DNA of 64,000 bases from Lepidodermella squamata. Its lineage: Eukaryota > Animalia > Gastrotricha. Shown in pieces: positions 12,613 to 26,102 of the stretch (positions are counted from its first letter, which is position 1; every line of letters starts with the position of its first letter). The notes beneath the pieces were generated by a model that was given only the letters and a program-made list of their open reading frames with translations, searched no databases and had not been told where the DNA came from. The DNA lies in contig JBLDXI010000046.1 of NCBI GenBank assembly GCA_047495785.1, positions 1,116,001-1,180,000 on the forward strand. Reading direction: 5' to 3'. The translations under genes were made by a program, and so were the position numbers.

Positions 12613-15600
12613 TTATTCTAGAACTCCGTGAGATTCCAAAATTTTCACGATTTCTGTGCGTTTCAAGGTCTTCGCCATTGCAAGTGGGGTGGTCTTTTCG
12701 CGATTACCAGCCGTTGCAAGACCAGGATAGCGCAGGAAAAACTTGACTCCTTGAGGCCAGTCCCTCTCAATAGCGATGTGCATTGTCGTGTTATCGCAGT
12801 TCAACACGTCACGTTGGACAGGATGTGTGCCTTTTGAAACGAAATAAGCCACTAGATTCAAATTGCGGGCATGAACAGCGGCAATAAATGCAGATCGGCC
12901 TGATTTATCCGTAACATCCACAGGACAGCCGAATTCCTCGACCAACATTTTAGCAATTTCGAATGAATTGTTGTTCACAATTGCGTCGCGACGGGACACA
13001 TAATGCAAGGCGTACGAGCCAGTATCACGATGAATAGGATTTTTGGCCAGGTTAGGATAAGCAACCAAAATGCTTCGAACAACATTTAAATCTGAATATT
13101 TGACAGATTTTCTGAGGGCCCGTTCGATAACTCCCGTTTTTTCGACGTCTTCCTTTGACGTGTTTTTGGCGAAATCAAGGAAAAACTCGACAATTGGTGC
13201 TGTACCAGTCGCAACAGCTTTGTCAAAAAGAGTATCGCTTCTTTGGTACATGCAAATTGGCGTGAATACGCCACGGTAAACGCCATCATTCGGGGCAGGT
13301 AGTTGAGGGAAAACTGCCTTAATCTTTGCAAGATCGCGGTTAGAGATAGCATTCTCAAGTTCGAAAATCCAGGCGAGCTTCTGAAACCAAAGAAAAATAT
13401 GAAAATCGCCTACGATTGAAGCAAAACTTAGGTGTATCACCTCATCATGACTGTAGAAAATGTCTGATCCACGGTGGCACTGGCGGCGGCGAACGTTCAA
13501 GTTTGACATTTCGTGTAAGAAATGCACAAATTTTGACGTCACCAGTTTTGAATAGAAATTGATCTGTCCAATGGACGTCGAGTAATCTCCGACCTTACAA
13601 AATCAGATTAAAAAAATACTTAATGCCACTCTGATGCCACTCACTCTAGAGAGCTCGTCGCCAATACGTAATCGAAAAGTTGCAATGTCATCCAGGCTTG
13701 TATCTAGAACTGACTGAGAAATCAACTGCTGGGCATCCCGTGCGAGCTCATCATTAGCCTCAAGAGTCAAATTATCTTCGGCTTGCTTAATCATGGCGGC
13801 TGCATGATCTTGAACTTGCTGCATCCATCGAGCTTTATCATGATCAATCGCCTTCAAAAACCCATCTTTGAGAGATTCAACGAAGCTATCGATTTTTTCG
13901 TTTGTTTTTAAAACTTCCGAGTTGATGTCACGAATCCAGCCTTTCATTTTAGTCTCGTCACTTACTTCCTTTACTTTATCGGCGATCTTAACGAAAATAA
14001 GAATGCAAACGTGCCACAAAAGATGAATTTGGTTCTTACTAAAACATTCGTTATACACTTTTCTATCGTGCACATTGGGCATTATTATATAGTGTGCACG
14101 ACGGCCGTGCACGATGAAAATGTCAGTCTCACTTTTGTCAGGCTTTAAAAATCATTTCGGTCGATTTTAAAAATAACCGGGCATAATAAAACGGTTAAAT
14201 TTTATATCAGCATTATCGGGCTAAGGAGGTCTATGTAATGGATCAGATCATTTATTTACAATTTGTCGCGTTTAAAATTTAGCTGTGCACGACGGATCTT
14301 GCACGACCTAGTAAGGACCAGTAATTAAATCGCCGATAATTACCGCGCCCGTACTCAAACATATATAATATAGGGAATAGTGCGCGCACCTTGATTGAGG
14401 TTATTAGCGCGCGCGGGACGCTGTACTCAAACATGAAGCCGTATTTATTACCTTAAAAATCGGTAAAATCAGAAATAATATTTCTTGTTTTGAGATTTTA
14501 ATTTTAATTTTTATTGGACGCGCCTCCTTCGTCGGCGCGAACGCGCTATTTTAATTTCTACCAACTGACCCATCCTTCTCATTTCTACATTTTTGATCTA
14601 TAGCCATCAAGGCCGAGAAGCGTCCAATTGGGTCTGGTTTGTTGCTACTAAAATCGGGAAAATCAGACAAAATATTATTACCTTATTTCGTGTAATTTTT
14701 GTTTAATTTTTTGTGGACGCGCCTCCTTCGTCGGCGCAAGTAATATTTTTAAATAATTATTGGGAGCGCTCGGCGCATTGTTCTTGCGTGTTTGCGGTTT
14801 CATTTTAACTCCTTAATTCAATCTGGGACACGCTCCCTGCGGTCGCGTGTTCGTTTTAAATTGGGTCATTTATTTTCTCTCGTGGCTACCTCATTTTTTA
14901 ATCTGGTTTATTTATTGTCTTCAGGGCCATTGCTTGATAATTATAATTGAGATAATAGGTAAAATCAGGAATAATTTTTTTTTCTGGACGCGCCCCCCTG
15001 CGGTCGGCGCGCATCCCTGTTTTTTCGGGTCATTTATTGTCTCTTTGGCCGCAAAGAAGCGCGTGCGCAATAATAGTGACCTGGGTCATTTAATTGTGTC
15101 AGGTCAATTATCGGAGCGCGCCTCCCTTCGGTCGGCGCGCACGTGCCATCTTCTGGGTTTCGGTTTTTTACCGGGTTGGGAATGTGACCCAGGTCATGAA
15201 ATTATTACGGGAGCGCGCCTCCCTTTGGTCGGCGCGCATATGCCTTTATACAGGGCTTGAGATTTTATTACAGGTAATGGAATGTGACCTGGGTCACGTT
15301 TTTTGGCAGGGCCGGGCGGACGCGGCAGGGGTCTCATTAATTTTACGCGGCAGCCCTATGGAATCCTAGTGGGCTGCCGCTGCGGCTGTCGTGATCAACA
15401 AAAAGGGGTGTTTTCCTCTATTTTCGGAAAAAGTTGAAATTTTCAAAAAATCGCAGAAAATCAACGCTTTATGACAGGGCAATTTGTAAATCAGATTCCA
15501 AGAGACAATTTGCGACTGAATATGGAAAAAATTAGCAAGACGTAAGCACACCTCCACAGCGAATAAGCGGCAGGTCTATTGATGTCTTATCAAATGAAAA

Positions 15601-16757
15601 ATGGGTGTTATTTTTAATAATTGTAATTTTCATATAAATTTAAATAAATTTAACCAGAATCAAATGGACGCTTCTCGACCTTGATGACTATAGATCAAAA
15701 GTGTAGAAAGAGAAGGATGGGTCAGAAAGGCATCCTAGTTATCTATTTTTTTCGTAATTTGGAATTTGCATATTTTACGGCTATTTATAATGGCCTTGTT
15801 CCTTCGGTCAATCTCTACAAATTTGAAATGAAATGATGAAAATAGGTGAAACAATTTCTCTGGCGCCTTGACCTATATTTCGGAATACGCGCGCACTCAG
15901 GTAATTAGCGTGGCCGACTATATTATTGCTGTTAATTATGGGCTGAATTTTATATAATTTTTATCTCGCTGATTTTTCACTCGATTTTCATCGGGTAAAA
16001 TTTGTTAGTCTCCGCTTGGCGAATATTATGTGGCTGCAAATTTTCAATTTTTTTAAATTAAAATTGGGAGAATTATAGCGTTTTGAAATTTTAAAGTACT
16101 GGCATGTGTGAATGACCTAGTGCGTGTGCACGATGGCCTGGTAACAGTCGTGCACACTAATATTAGGCACTGTGCACGAAAAAAAGTGCAAGGTAGCAAT
16201 TTCTTTCTTCATTTTTTCAGCGTGCATAATGCGGCAACCCTCACAGAATCGTTTGCCACAGTGCTTGCAGTCAACGGGGTTTAGTGAAATAGCTAAATGA
16301 AGACACTCGTCTTGAAACGCAGTTTCATCAGGATGTATTCGACCGGCAGGCAACGGCTTCGACTTCTCTACCAAAGCAATGGCACGAACCAAAGAACCGT
16401 TCGGCATCAGAGCTAGAAAATCGAAAAATTCTGGTAGAATCTGCGCACATTTGTTTTCGAAAATTAACCAGCAACGCCATTTTTAGGTAGTTTAGAAACT
16501 ACGCGACATTCCGGACATTCAAAACTCAACTTGTCGGATCGGGTTTTCAAACTTTGGTGGATGCACTTGGAACAAAACGAATGACCGCATGAAGGTAACA
16601 TTCGAGGATTGACGTACAATTCTTTACAAATGGTACATGACATCGACTGCAAAATAAAACGGTTGAAAATGATTGAATGGAGCCTATGAAAGAATAGCAC
16701 TTTTTCGACGTCACTCATTCTAAGCTTCTTTGGTTGCGGCAGCTGTCCTTCATCCAT
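12613..16757 (-). pseudogene. TRIM-ANK gene A, interrupted by the 2.1-kb TIR element
   Basis: Exons 16757-16701 (MDEGQLPQPKKLRMSDVEK), 16646-16469 (RING), 16412-16190 (B-box-like, cut by the insertion), 13986-13645, 13593-13441, 13380-12613 (ankyrin). Frames are otherwise open. Confidence 0.85.
14053..16189. mobile_element. Non-autonomous TIR element, copy 2 (~2.14 kb, inverted relative to copy 1)
   Basis: Reverse complement of 3746-5786 with one extra ~95-bp internal unit (~15115-15210). Flanked by TT and AA. Confidence 0.9.
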
Positions 16758-17700
16758 AATTACTTCCTCTGACTTGATTGATATAACAAGTCTAAATATG
16801 TATTCCGAAATTAAGGGAGTCGCTTTCCGGAAATTTTTTGACTGATCTGCCTTTCTGAATCCCAACCATTTTATTTATTTATTATTTATTGATTTAGACG
16901 CTATGACACCCAAGAGAGGGCAGCTTGACAATGTTTGAAGGAAAAAGCAACAGATAATTTCAGGACAGGTTCAGATTTAGGACAGGAAAAGTGAACACAG
17001 TGAGACGAAACAAAGGTTTGGACCATTCATCGTTTTAATATGTAGCAGTGATCAGTCAACAATTTTTCACAATATCTCATCGATATCATCGAGAATTGTG
17101 GTAGAAGCAACTCCCAGAAGCTTTGCAATATTTCTGAAAGTTCTCTTGTTTTGTGACTTGCGATTGACTCTTTTCTTGTCTGTAGACCGGATAAAACTCA
17201 GCTGTGATATCTATCAATGATTAAAGTGTTATCCAATTAATAGGCACAGAACTTTCGAAGGGCATTTCCAGATATTCCGAGGGGATCAACACAATGCATT
17301 TATTGCAATCAACATGTTAAAACATGAATGAGCCGGCAAATATTGATCCATATGATCCTCTTCTACGAGTCAGCAAATTAGGAGGTACTTAAAATGTAAA
17401 GGCGAAATCTCCGATAATTGCGAATAAATAAGCCAGCTTCCATGCCTAACGCAATCGAACATAGGAAAAATACAGTTCCAGAACTTGAATAATTTCAACT
17501 TGGTTTTAAAACCCTACAAAAAAGGAAGAAGTAAGATAAAAGTTCATTCGTATTGCAAGAGAAAAATCAAATGGGGAAAACATCTTTCCCCCAAGGCCTT
17601 ATGATTCCCTTCATTTTTACACAATCAGTAGCTACATTTTAGCATTGTACCGTGAAAAATTAATCAAAGCGTGAAAAAACAAAGAAATGTCCCTTTCAAT

Positions 17701-19726
17701 TCAATCAAGAACTCCGTTAGATTCCAGGATTTTCACGATATCGACACGTTTCAAGTTCTTCGCCATGGCAAGTGGGGTGATCTTTTCGCGATTAACAGCC
17801 GTTCTCAGCCCAGGATATCGCATCAAATACTGCACGCCTCGAACCCAGTCTTTCTCAACAGCGATGTGCATTGCCGTATTGTCATGGTTTGCTATGTCAC
17901 GCTGCAGTGGCTGAATGCCTTTTGATACGAAGTAAGCAACCAAATTCAAGTCGCAGCGATAAACCGCCGGCAGTTGCACGGATCTTCCTGATCGGTCCAA
18001 GACTACCACTGGTGAGCCGAATTCCTCAACAAGAAGTTTCGCCATATCCACGGAATCATTGGACAACACAACACAACGGCTTGAAACGTAATGCAGGGCA
18101 TACGAGCCAGTTTCGCGATGAATAGGGGTTTTAGCCAGGTTAGGATAAGCCTTCAGAATGCAGCGAACAACATCCAATCGGGAAGATTTGATAGATTTCC
18201 TCAGGGCGCGTTCAATAACGCCCGTTGGTTCGAGATTCTCTTTCGAAATGTTTTTGGCGATATCAAGAAAAAACTCGACAATTTTGGCTTCGCCTCGATC
18301 AACAGCTTTTTCAATTAGCGTTCCATCACTTCCATACAGCCAGGACGCCGTAAATAATCCTTTGAAAACGCCATCTTGCGGAACAGGCAGCTGATGGAAA
18401 ACCGCTTTGACTTTCTCAGGATCGCGCTGTGAGATGGCAGTCTCGATTTCGAAATATCCGGCGCGTATCTACGAGAAATAAACATTTCGGAAATAATCAA
18501 ATAAGTCAAATAAAACGTCAAATAAAAAAAGAAACCCTTTTATACCTTGTCAATGTCTCCAAAACTAACGCCGGGCCGGTTCTGAAGACGAACTTCGGTA
18601 TTCGCGATTTCGTGCAGTGATTTTGTGAATTTCGATTTTAAAAAGCACGAATTCAAGTGGATTTTGCCAATAAAAGACGAGTAGCAATCGACCTGTAAGA
18701 ATTCCAGCCTAATCATATTACTTTCCAAACTTTCCTAGAATACCTTACCCTAAAGCGCTCATCTTGAAGGCAAGATCGAAACTCTACAATAGCATCCAGA
18801 CTATCATCCAAGACTGATTTCGAGATGATCTGATCGGCTTCTCGTAAAATTTTATCATCAGCCTTCAGTGCCAAATTGTCCTCGGCTCTTTTTGTCATTG
18901 ATTTGGCCGATTCTTGAACTTGCTTTTTCCACTTAGCAGTAACATCCTCAATCACTTTGCAAAAATCTTCCTTAAGCGATGCAACAAAGCTATCGATTTG
19001 GTCGTTGGCATTGGCGATCTCCGAGTTGACTTCGCCAATCCAGCCCTTCATTCTCGCCTCGTCACTTACCTCCTTTACTTTCTCCACGATCTTGACGAGA
19101 ATACACATGAACGCGATATAGGCAAGCGACAAAAATCTTACGTAAGACTTCATGGTAATAATTTCTTTTTTCAACTTTTCAGCGTGCACAACGCGGCAGC
19201 CTTCACAGAATTGTTTAGAGCAATGTTCGCACTCTACCAAATCTGTCGAAATCACCAAGTGTGGGCAGTGATCTTCATTAGCAATTTCATAATCGTGTGC
19301 CCGGATAACTGCCAGTGGAGGTAAAGGCTTCTCGAGCAACTGAATCGTCCGAATCAGAGACACGTTTCGCATAAGATCTGCGAAATAAAATATCTCAAAA
19401 AACTGGTTTGGAAATTATACCAAAAAACTAACCACTGACGCCGTTTTTGGGTAGTTTAGAAACAGTTCGACATTCGTTGCATTCGTAATTGGTTTTATCA
19501 GGTCTTGTTTTCATAGCTTGGTGGATGCATTTGGCACAAAAAGAATGACCGCAAGCAGGCAAAATTCGAGGATCTGCATAAATTTCGTGGCATATGGCAC
19601 AGGACATTGACTTGAAAGGAAAATGTTATGATTGATGTGAAACATAATGAAAATTACCACCTTTTCAACGTCACTCATCTTCCGCTTTTTTGGCTGAGGC
19701 GAATCTCCGTCATCCACAATTTTCAT
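17701..19726 (-). CDS. TRIM-ANK gene B (RING, B-box-like, coiled coil, ankyrin repeats)
   Basis: Exon 1 MKIVDDGDSPQPKKRKMSDVEK; RING CAIC...CGHSFCAKC...CNEC; B-box-like CPH...CEHC...FCEGC...H; ankyrin exon 18468-17701 open in frame. Closest to gene A. Confidence 0.85.
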
Positions 19727-19864
19727 ATTAAAATAACAAGTCTAAAAATGAAATTTAATTATAAATACAGTTTAGGACTCATTCGAATCGTTTATGACGA
19801 TTCGAAGCTAAGGAAAAATTTTCTCAATCTGCTATAAACGAGAAGCTTTGCACCACTGCTTCCA

Positions 19865-20165
19865 CTTTGAGTAGTTTTACCTGGAAAGGCCGGTCTGACT
19901 TGAAACAATACATGGACGCGAAGCCCAACAAGTGGAACCTCAAGGTCTGGGTGCTCACTACTTCAATTTCAGACTACGTCTACAACCATTCGCTCTACAC
20001 CAGTAAAGACGATGATATAGTGTCATTGTATCCTCACGCCTGAATTTGAAGTTTTGGAAATCGCGGTCACTGCAGGCTGCAAGTGTTGGCTATCACGTGG
20101 CATTGGAGCTGATTCGACCGAGACTTTTCAACAAAGTAATTTTGGACAATTTCTTTTCCGCCAAT
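19865..20165 (+). mobile_element. piggyBac transposase fragment
   Basis: WKGRSDLKQYMDAKPNKWNLKVWVL...DYVYN and VILDNFFS motifs. Confidence 0.75.
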
Positions 20166-20249
20166 TCTTTTTTCCTGAAGCTCATAGGAACAAATCCTCT
20201 TGCTTCAAGAACTTGCTTTGTGTTATTCAAATCAATTACATTGTCATGT

Positions 20250-20560
20250 ATTCATTTACTACCCGTACTGGAATTTGGTATGGTAGCCTACACGTTTGCG
20301 ATGATACAACGAGTTGACGCTGTACAACAACGCTTCGATAACGCAGCTGGCGTGACTCTGCAACCCCTCAGCAAACGCAGAATTGTCGGCGTGATGACCT
20401 ACCTCTACAAAATAATAGTTGCAGAAAGAGGCATATGCGACAAATTCGATCGGAATTCGTCAAGATTCCGGGATGGCGTATACGAGGAGCCGAGGGACAG
20501 CAAGGAAACACTGGCATCAAATGGTAAACTTTAACGCGGCCAAGGTCGCAGAATTCCACG
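20250..20560 (+). mobile_element. LINE (CR1-like) ORF2 C-terminal fragment
   Basis: LLPVLEF...IQRVDAVQQRF...LQPLSKRR...YLYKII is the typical post-RT region of CR1/L2-group LINEs. Confidence 0.6.
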
Positions 20561-22529
20561 CCAAGAAGTCAAATTTAGCCCAAACGATTGACCATACTCT
20601 GGAGTTCAAGCTAGTATACAAGTATAATTCGCTTAAAATCTAATAAGGGAAAAACGATAGCAACGATGAGTTTATATAATAAAACATAGTACAGCATCTA
20701 CATAAGATTGATAATTGATAACAATCAGATACAACAATGATAGAAAGACCAGCTCCATTGGATATTCAGGTTACTGCAAAATTCCATAAAGCTGGAAAAT
20801 CTTTATAATATTGTTACGATTGAGACGTTTTGCGAGCATTAGTGGGGTGTAACCAAGACACATTACAGTGGCAAGTTGCGGATATTTCTTCAAAAATTCC
20901 TCCACGCCCTCTTTCCAATCCTCAGCGGCAGCAATGTGCAAAATCGAGGAGCCGTTGTAAGTTGGATCAAACGCAATAAGGGGCATGAAGCCTTTCGATA
21001 AAAAAAAATCAACCATCCTCAAATTGTGATTTCTAGCCGCCAGAATTAGAGGCGATCGACCATACAAATCAACAACGTTCAACGGAGCAGCATATTCTTC
21101 GACCAGCATTTTCGCAGTGTCAATCGAATAGTTTCGCTTCGCGGCGATGAGTATAGCGGAATAGTATTTTTGTTTGACAAGAACTTTTTGAGCGAAATTG
21201 GGATAGAAGGCGAGGATTGCCCTAGCAACGTCGGTTTTACCACCACGAACCGCATCGACAAAACCGTGCTCGATAAAACCGCAATTGTCGGTATATCCCT
21301 CCTTAGCAGCGATTTCGAGGAGGAATTTCATGATTTCGCCGCTGCCGTTTTGAACGGCCTCGTAAAGTTCATATTAGCCGACCCTTCAATGTTATTTTCT
21401 TCGAAAATCAGCGAGGTTGTAATTTCATTTTCCGGAGCTGGAAATTGCGAAACCAAATTTTTTACCGCTTGCAAATCATGTTTAGAAATTGCTCGGTAGA
21501 TCTGGCGAAGTAGAGCATTTTCCTAGAAATGACTAAAAATTTGAAATTATGCGTAAATTTCCCCAAAAAACTAACATTGTCAAACTTTTCATCCATGTAG
21601 TCTTGGTTTTCGGCTAGTTCGACATTCAACCTCTCGATTCGCTTCAAAGCATCCGTTAATTCGAGCTGGACATTAGTACAACAGAAAGCGATATGCCCAA
21701 TATAGGGCGACGCTTGCAGTGCCTATCAAGGAAAATTTCTAAATATTTCAAATTCCAAGGGATATGATTTCTCACGTTTTCCCGCTCAGCTTCAAGGCGG
21801 GACAACAAGTCGGCAATTTCGTCGAATTCCAAGTCTAAAATTGACTTTGACGCCATTTCTCTGGCCTCTTCGAGAACAGTTTGGTCGATTTTGACTGGCA
21901 TGTTCTCAGCGACTACCAGCCGCATTTGCTCTGAGGCTGCGGATAGCTGTCGCTTCCACCTCGCTTTACCGTTTCTCAGTGATTTCGTAACCTCAGAGAA
22001 TAAGGCGGAAAATTCGTCTATTTTCTTATTGGCGTTTTCAATATCAGCTTCAGCTTCGTGATTGCGAGAATCCGTTTTATCATGCGACGTGTCAGCGATG
22101 CAGTCGGCTATCTAAATTTTATGAGAATTAAAATGAATCAATTCGATTTGAAAGATTCTGGTAACTCAATTGAGAATAATTTAAACCAGCGACTATCAAG
22201 CCCCAATTTTCCTTCCAGATAGCCATGTTTTGCGCCCGACAGAGGCCTGCCTATAATTTCTATTGCATGTGGCCAGATAGCACTTTCGAGACTAATTTTA
22301 CTGCTTAGAAAATGTACGATGACCTTCAAAAATTTCGGAGCGACTTCAAGAAAAGATTTACCACGATTTACAATCGTTATGGTACCATCGTATTTACAAT
22401 CGGCTCAGTTGACAACTCGTTTCGACGCATTAACATTTCGACTCGATGGCTTTGAAACTGGATTACAGGCCGCTACCAATCGCACCTTTTAGGAGCCGAA
22501 ACGCGGCAAATTACCGACCGCTTACAGTG

Positions 22530-22685
22530 GTGTTCGTTCTGATACCGGAACTTCTCGATCGGATAGGCAAAGCGAAAGTGTTTACTCGGCTTGATGTGAA
22601 AAATGCTTACAATATACTTCGGATCCGGGACGGTGATGAGTGGAAAACAGCGTTCCGTTCAAGATATGGCCTCTTTAATATCTGT
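22530..22685 (+). mobile_element. Ty3/gypsy (Tf2-like) reverse transcriptase fragment
   Basis: [46 protein letters not shown]. Confidence 0.9.
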
Positions 22686-22739
22686 CATACGATTCGGGTT
22701 GAACAACGCAATAAGCAGCCAAATAATCAATGGCCTACT

Positions 22740-23275
22740 CGTTGGCAACGCGGAAAAACAACACTTGTGGAGTACCGTAGGTAGTTTTATTAGAAGCCAG
22801 TACTGGGTATAGAAAACGGCATTTTTTTCTCATACCGTAATTTCGTGCGCCGCTGTACTTGTATTAGTCGAAACGGTTACCCCATCGCGGACTTGAAGCC
22901 TTGATGAAATGCAAAGTTATATTCGTAGTAAACAGCTAGAAAAGCCCGCTTTCTTATTGCTGACAGTGTTGAGAGTTGCGATGAGTGCGTGAAACATTTT
23001 CCGAACATGTTTGACTATAAAATATTGACGGCCTATCACAACAGTCGTTTTTTACTCATCAAACGTTACCATCGATGGCGTTTCCAATGGGAGTACGCAG
23101 CCGTGCTGTGAACACCATCGCTAATGACATACACAGTAACCGTTTCGACTAATACAAGTACAGCGGCGCACGAAATTACGGTATGAGAAAAAATGCCGTT
23201 TTCTATACCCAGTACTGGCTTCTAATAAAACTACCTACGGTACTCCACAAGTGTTGTTTTTCCGCGTTGCCAACG
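22740..23275. mobile_element. MITE/foldback element with ~140-bp TIRs and 4-bp TACT TSD
   Basis: 22740-22880 is the reverse complement of 23136-23275 (one indel in a T/A run). TACT at 22736-22739 and 23276-23279. Confidence 0.75.
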
Positions 23276-24196
23276 TACTGCAACAACGGCATGATTTTAT
23301 CTGGAATAAGCAAGAACAATAACATCACAAGTTATAACGAGAACTGACTGTTCAAAGAATAGCTATGCGCTTAAGGAATACCCAAAAATCCGACGTAAGG
23401 TAGTTTTGTGCTTCTCATTCCAACTTTTCTTCTGTTCAGACTTTTCTTGAGCGACTTTATGATGATTACCAACGTTCTCCCATCTTCGAACAAGAAAAAA
23501 ACGCCCTTGATACAAATGGATGATACGTGCCGAAATCGACCAATTCTTTAGTACCGGTCATGACAGTGATCGGGAGGCTTCACAAACTATCGATCATTTC
23601 AATATGGTATCAAGGCGTAACCGCAACTTCCGCTATGTGACAGACGCCCCCGGAATCGTCAAATACGGCTGGGCTTTCATCTTGATGAGTGATGAATGAT
23701 GATCGGAATGCGAATAACGCTGCTCTTGGTATGATTTGACTTTTTTATCACTGATATATGATTTTATTCTGATTTACAAATAAAATAAAATCCACAGCTC
23801 TGCATCTAACTTAACTCTGTATCAACTTTGTGATTTGGTGGTACTTCCGCGCCGCAAGATCCGCACGTGTATATTTCCGCACAGGGGTCATTAGTGCAAG
23901 TATATTCCATCTTAATAATTACATGGCTAAGGAATGTTTGGTCTGCGCGGATAAACCATGCGCGGAAGTACCAATGCACCAACTCTCAGTCTAAATCTAA
24001 CGAATACGGATAAAATTTCAGATGTGTATTAAATCTCGTTTCAAGTATGTTCCCTCACAATAGCATAAATATTGTGCAAAAAATAAGAGCGTCGGTTAAA
24101 ACGAAAATTCGCGCAAGTAAGGATTGTTTCAATTAATTCCAAAGATTATCACTACATCTTACATCTAGTCAAGCATTCAGGCCTATCGCAGCCAAC

Positions 24197-26102
24197 ATGC
24201 AGCAATGTAGTGAGCGATGGTTAGTAACATGCGGTCTAGCTACGACATTTGCGCTATGGCTGGTAACCTGCAGATTAGCTGAATTTTATGAACTAAGAAA
24301 CGTCATTTTTGCGGTCGAAAAAAGCGATGACACCGTCTTCCAGGAACCGTTGCCACCAATAAATTCACAAATAGCCGTAACTGACAATGCAACGTGCTTT
24401 CCTATCGTTTCTTTGAAGACGTGTAACGTTGGGACACTCCATCAACTATCATCGCCGGCTGAAAATCTGCGAAATTTCAGCGCCATAGCAGCGGCAAATG
24501 CAGAAGACGAGTTGGCCATAGCCGAAAACATTAAATCGATTTACATCGCGAGAATGATGGAGAAATTTGCCTCAAATTGCCGGCCTAAAGTGATGGCATA
24601 CTCGTGCGATTCCCCGGGTTGTCGAGGATGGGGCGGTCGTCTTCGAGGCATTGTCACTGCGTTCTACTCAGCCCTACTAACCGACTCGCTGTTCCTCATC
24701 GACGCAACGCACCCTGTGGATTTAGGCAGCTTTTTCGCGATTAATTCGGAATTTTACGGTTTCAGCGGCAAGTCGGACTATCACTGCCTGCTGCGTTATA
24801 GCCGGCTGCCTATTTATCGATCAATGGATTTCGATGAGCCGGTTCGATTCGCTCTAACTGAATGGTTCGAAACGTATATAAAAATGGTAGCGATTACGAT
24901 GGCGTTAGGCTGCAGACGAATACGATGGTAGCGGTGGAACAGGGCTTGGAGACGGATTTGTTTGCACGCCTCGCTGATGTCTATGGATTGCGATTTTATA
25001 ACTATCTGCAGCTAGTTTCTGCAGCGCTTCGCGTCATTTTTGATAGGCCGCAGCCGCGCCTTGAAACTATGGTGCAAAATTCATTGCGCCGAGTGGCCGC
25101 AGCATCTCACACGACTTCAAATGCAACGATAGGTGATTTTTCAGAATAATTTCATATTTATTTTAGTTTAGGACACCATTAAATCTCAAATTGATCACAA
25201 AATGAGGAATTTGAATAATAGCAATCCTTACACTATCGAAATTACCAATCTTCGAAAATTGTATCAATTTTTAGTGATTTGATCAACAATTTCCTAACTA
25301 AATCAAAAGATAGAAGCAGATTCGAGTTCCTCGATTTTCTTCACTTTTCCTGAGAACGAACTCACTTACAATTTATTTAATTGAGGAGCGTCAAAGAGAG
25401 CGGCTAATCAGAACTTCCCGATTTTATCAGATTTCAATGGTATGATCGAACTTTTTGTATCAAGTCTAAATTCGAAGAAATTCATCGCAATAGCAAGCGG
25501 CTGAAAATTGCCGTTCCTATACTCTTAAATCCCAAGTCCTATGTTTAAGCTGAAAATTAGCAGTAAAATTGATTGTTGGAAACTCAAGTCCGGTTTTTTC
25601 GATCCAGAAGTCAATGTTTTTTTGTATAGGCATACATTTGCGCATCGACACGAACCGAGTCATCGCCAAAATGATTCCCTGCTTCGCCGATGAAGTAGGC
25701 AGAATCATAAAAAAGCACAATTTGGAGCGGCCTGGCGTTTACATTTCAAGCGACAATGCGAAAGCTACAGAACGCCTTAAACGGCTGCTATGGCGTGATT
25801 ATAAAATCACAGCGCTCGAGCCTGACGACGGCGAGGTTTGGCACATAGACGTCATGGATAACGAGGTGGCAGCGAAGTGGAGCGCCGAAACTCGCTGGGA
25901 AAAGGCTGCGGCGACATACCGCGACTGGCTGGTTCTGACGCGCATGGACTATTTGATCATTAGCCGGAGTGGCTTTTCGGAATTCGCGTCGTACTACTCG
26001 CGCCGGCCAACGCGGCGCTTTATACACAAGCAACGCCACAAATGTACCTTTGAAGATTACAACTTTCTGCCTGATCTTCTTTTTGACATAAAAAATTCTT
26101 AA
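24197..26102 (+). pseudogene. Fucosyltransferase-like (GT-B; alpha-2/alpha-6/O-FucT superfamily) type II membrane glycosyltransferase with one frameshift
   Basis: N-terminal TM; GWGGRLRG; after splicing intron 25133-25629: TIGIHLR (motif I), VYISSDN (motif II), DWLVLTRMDYLIISRSGFSEFA (motif III). An extra TA at ~24875-24880 shifts the frame between ORFs 24197..24931 and 24862..25149. Confidence 0.75.
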
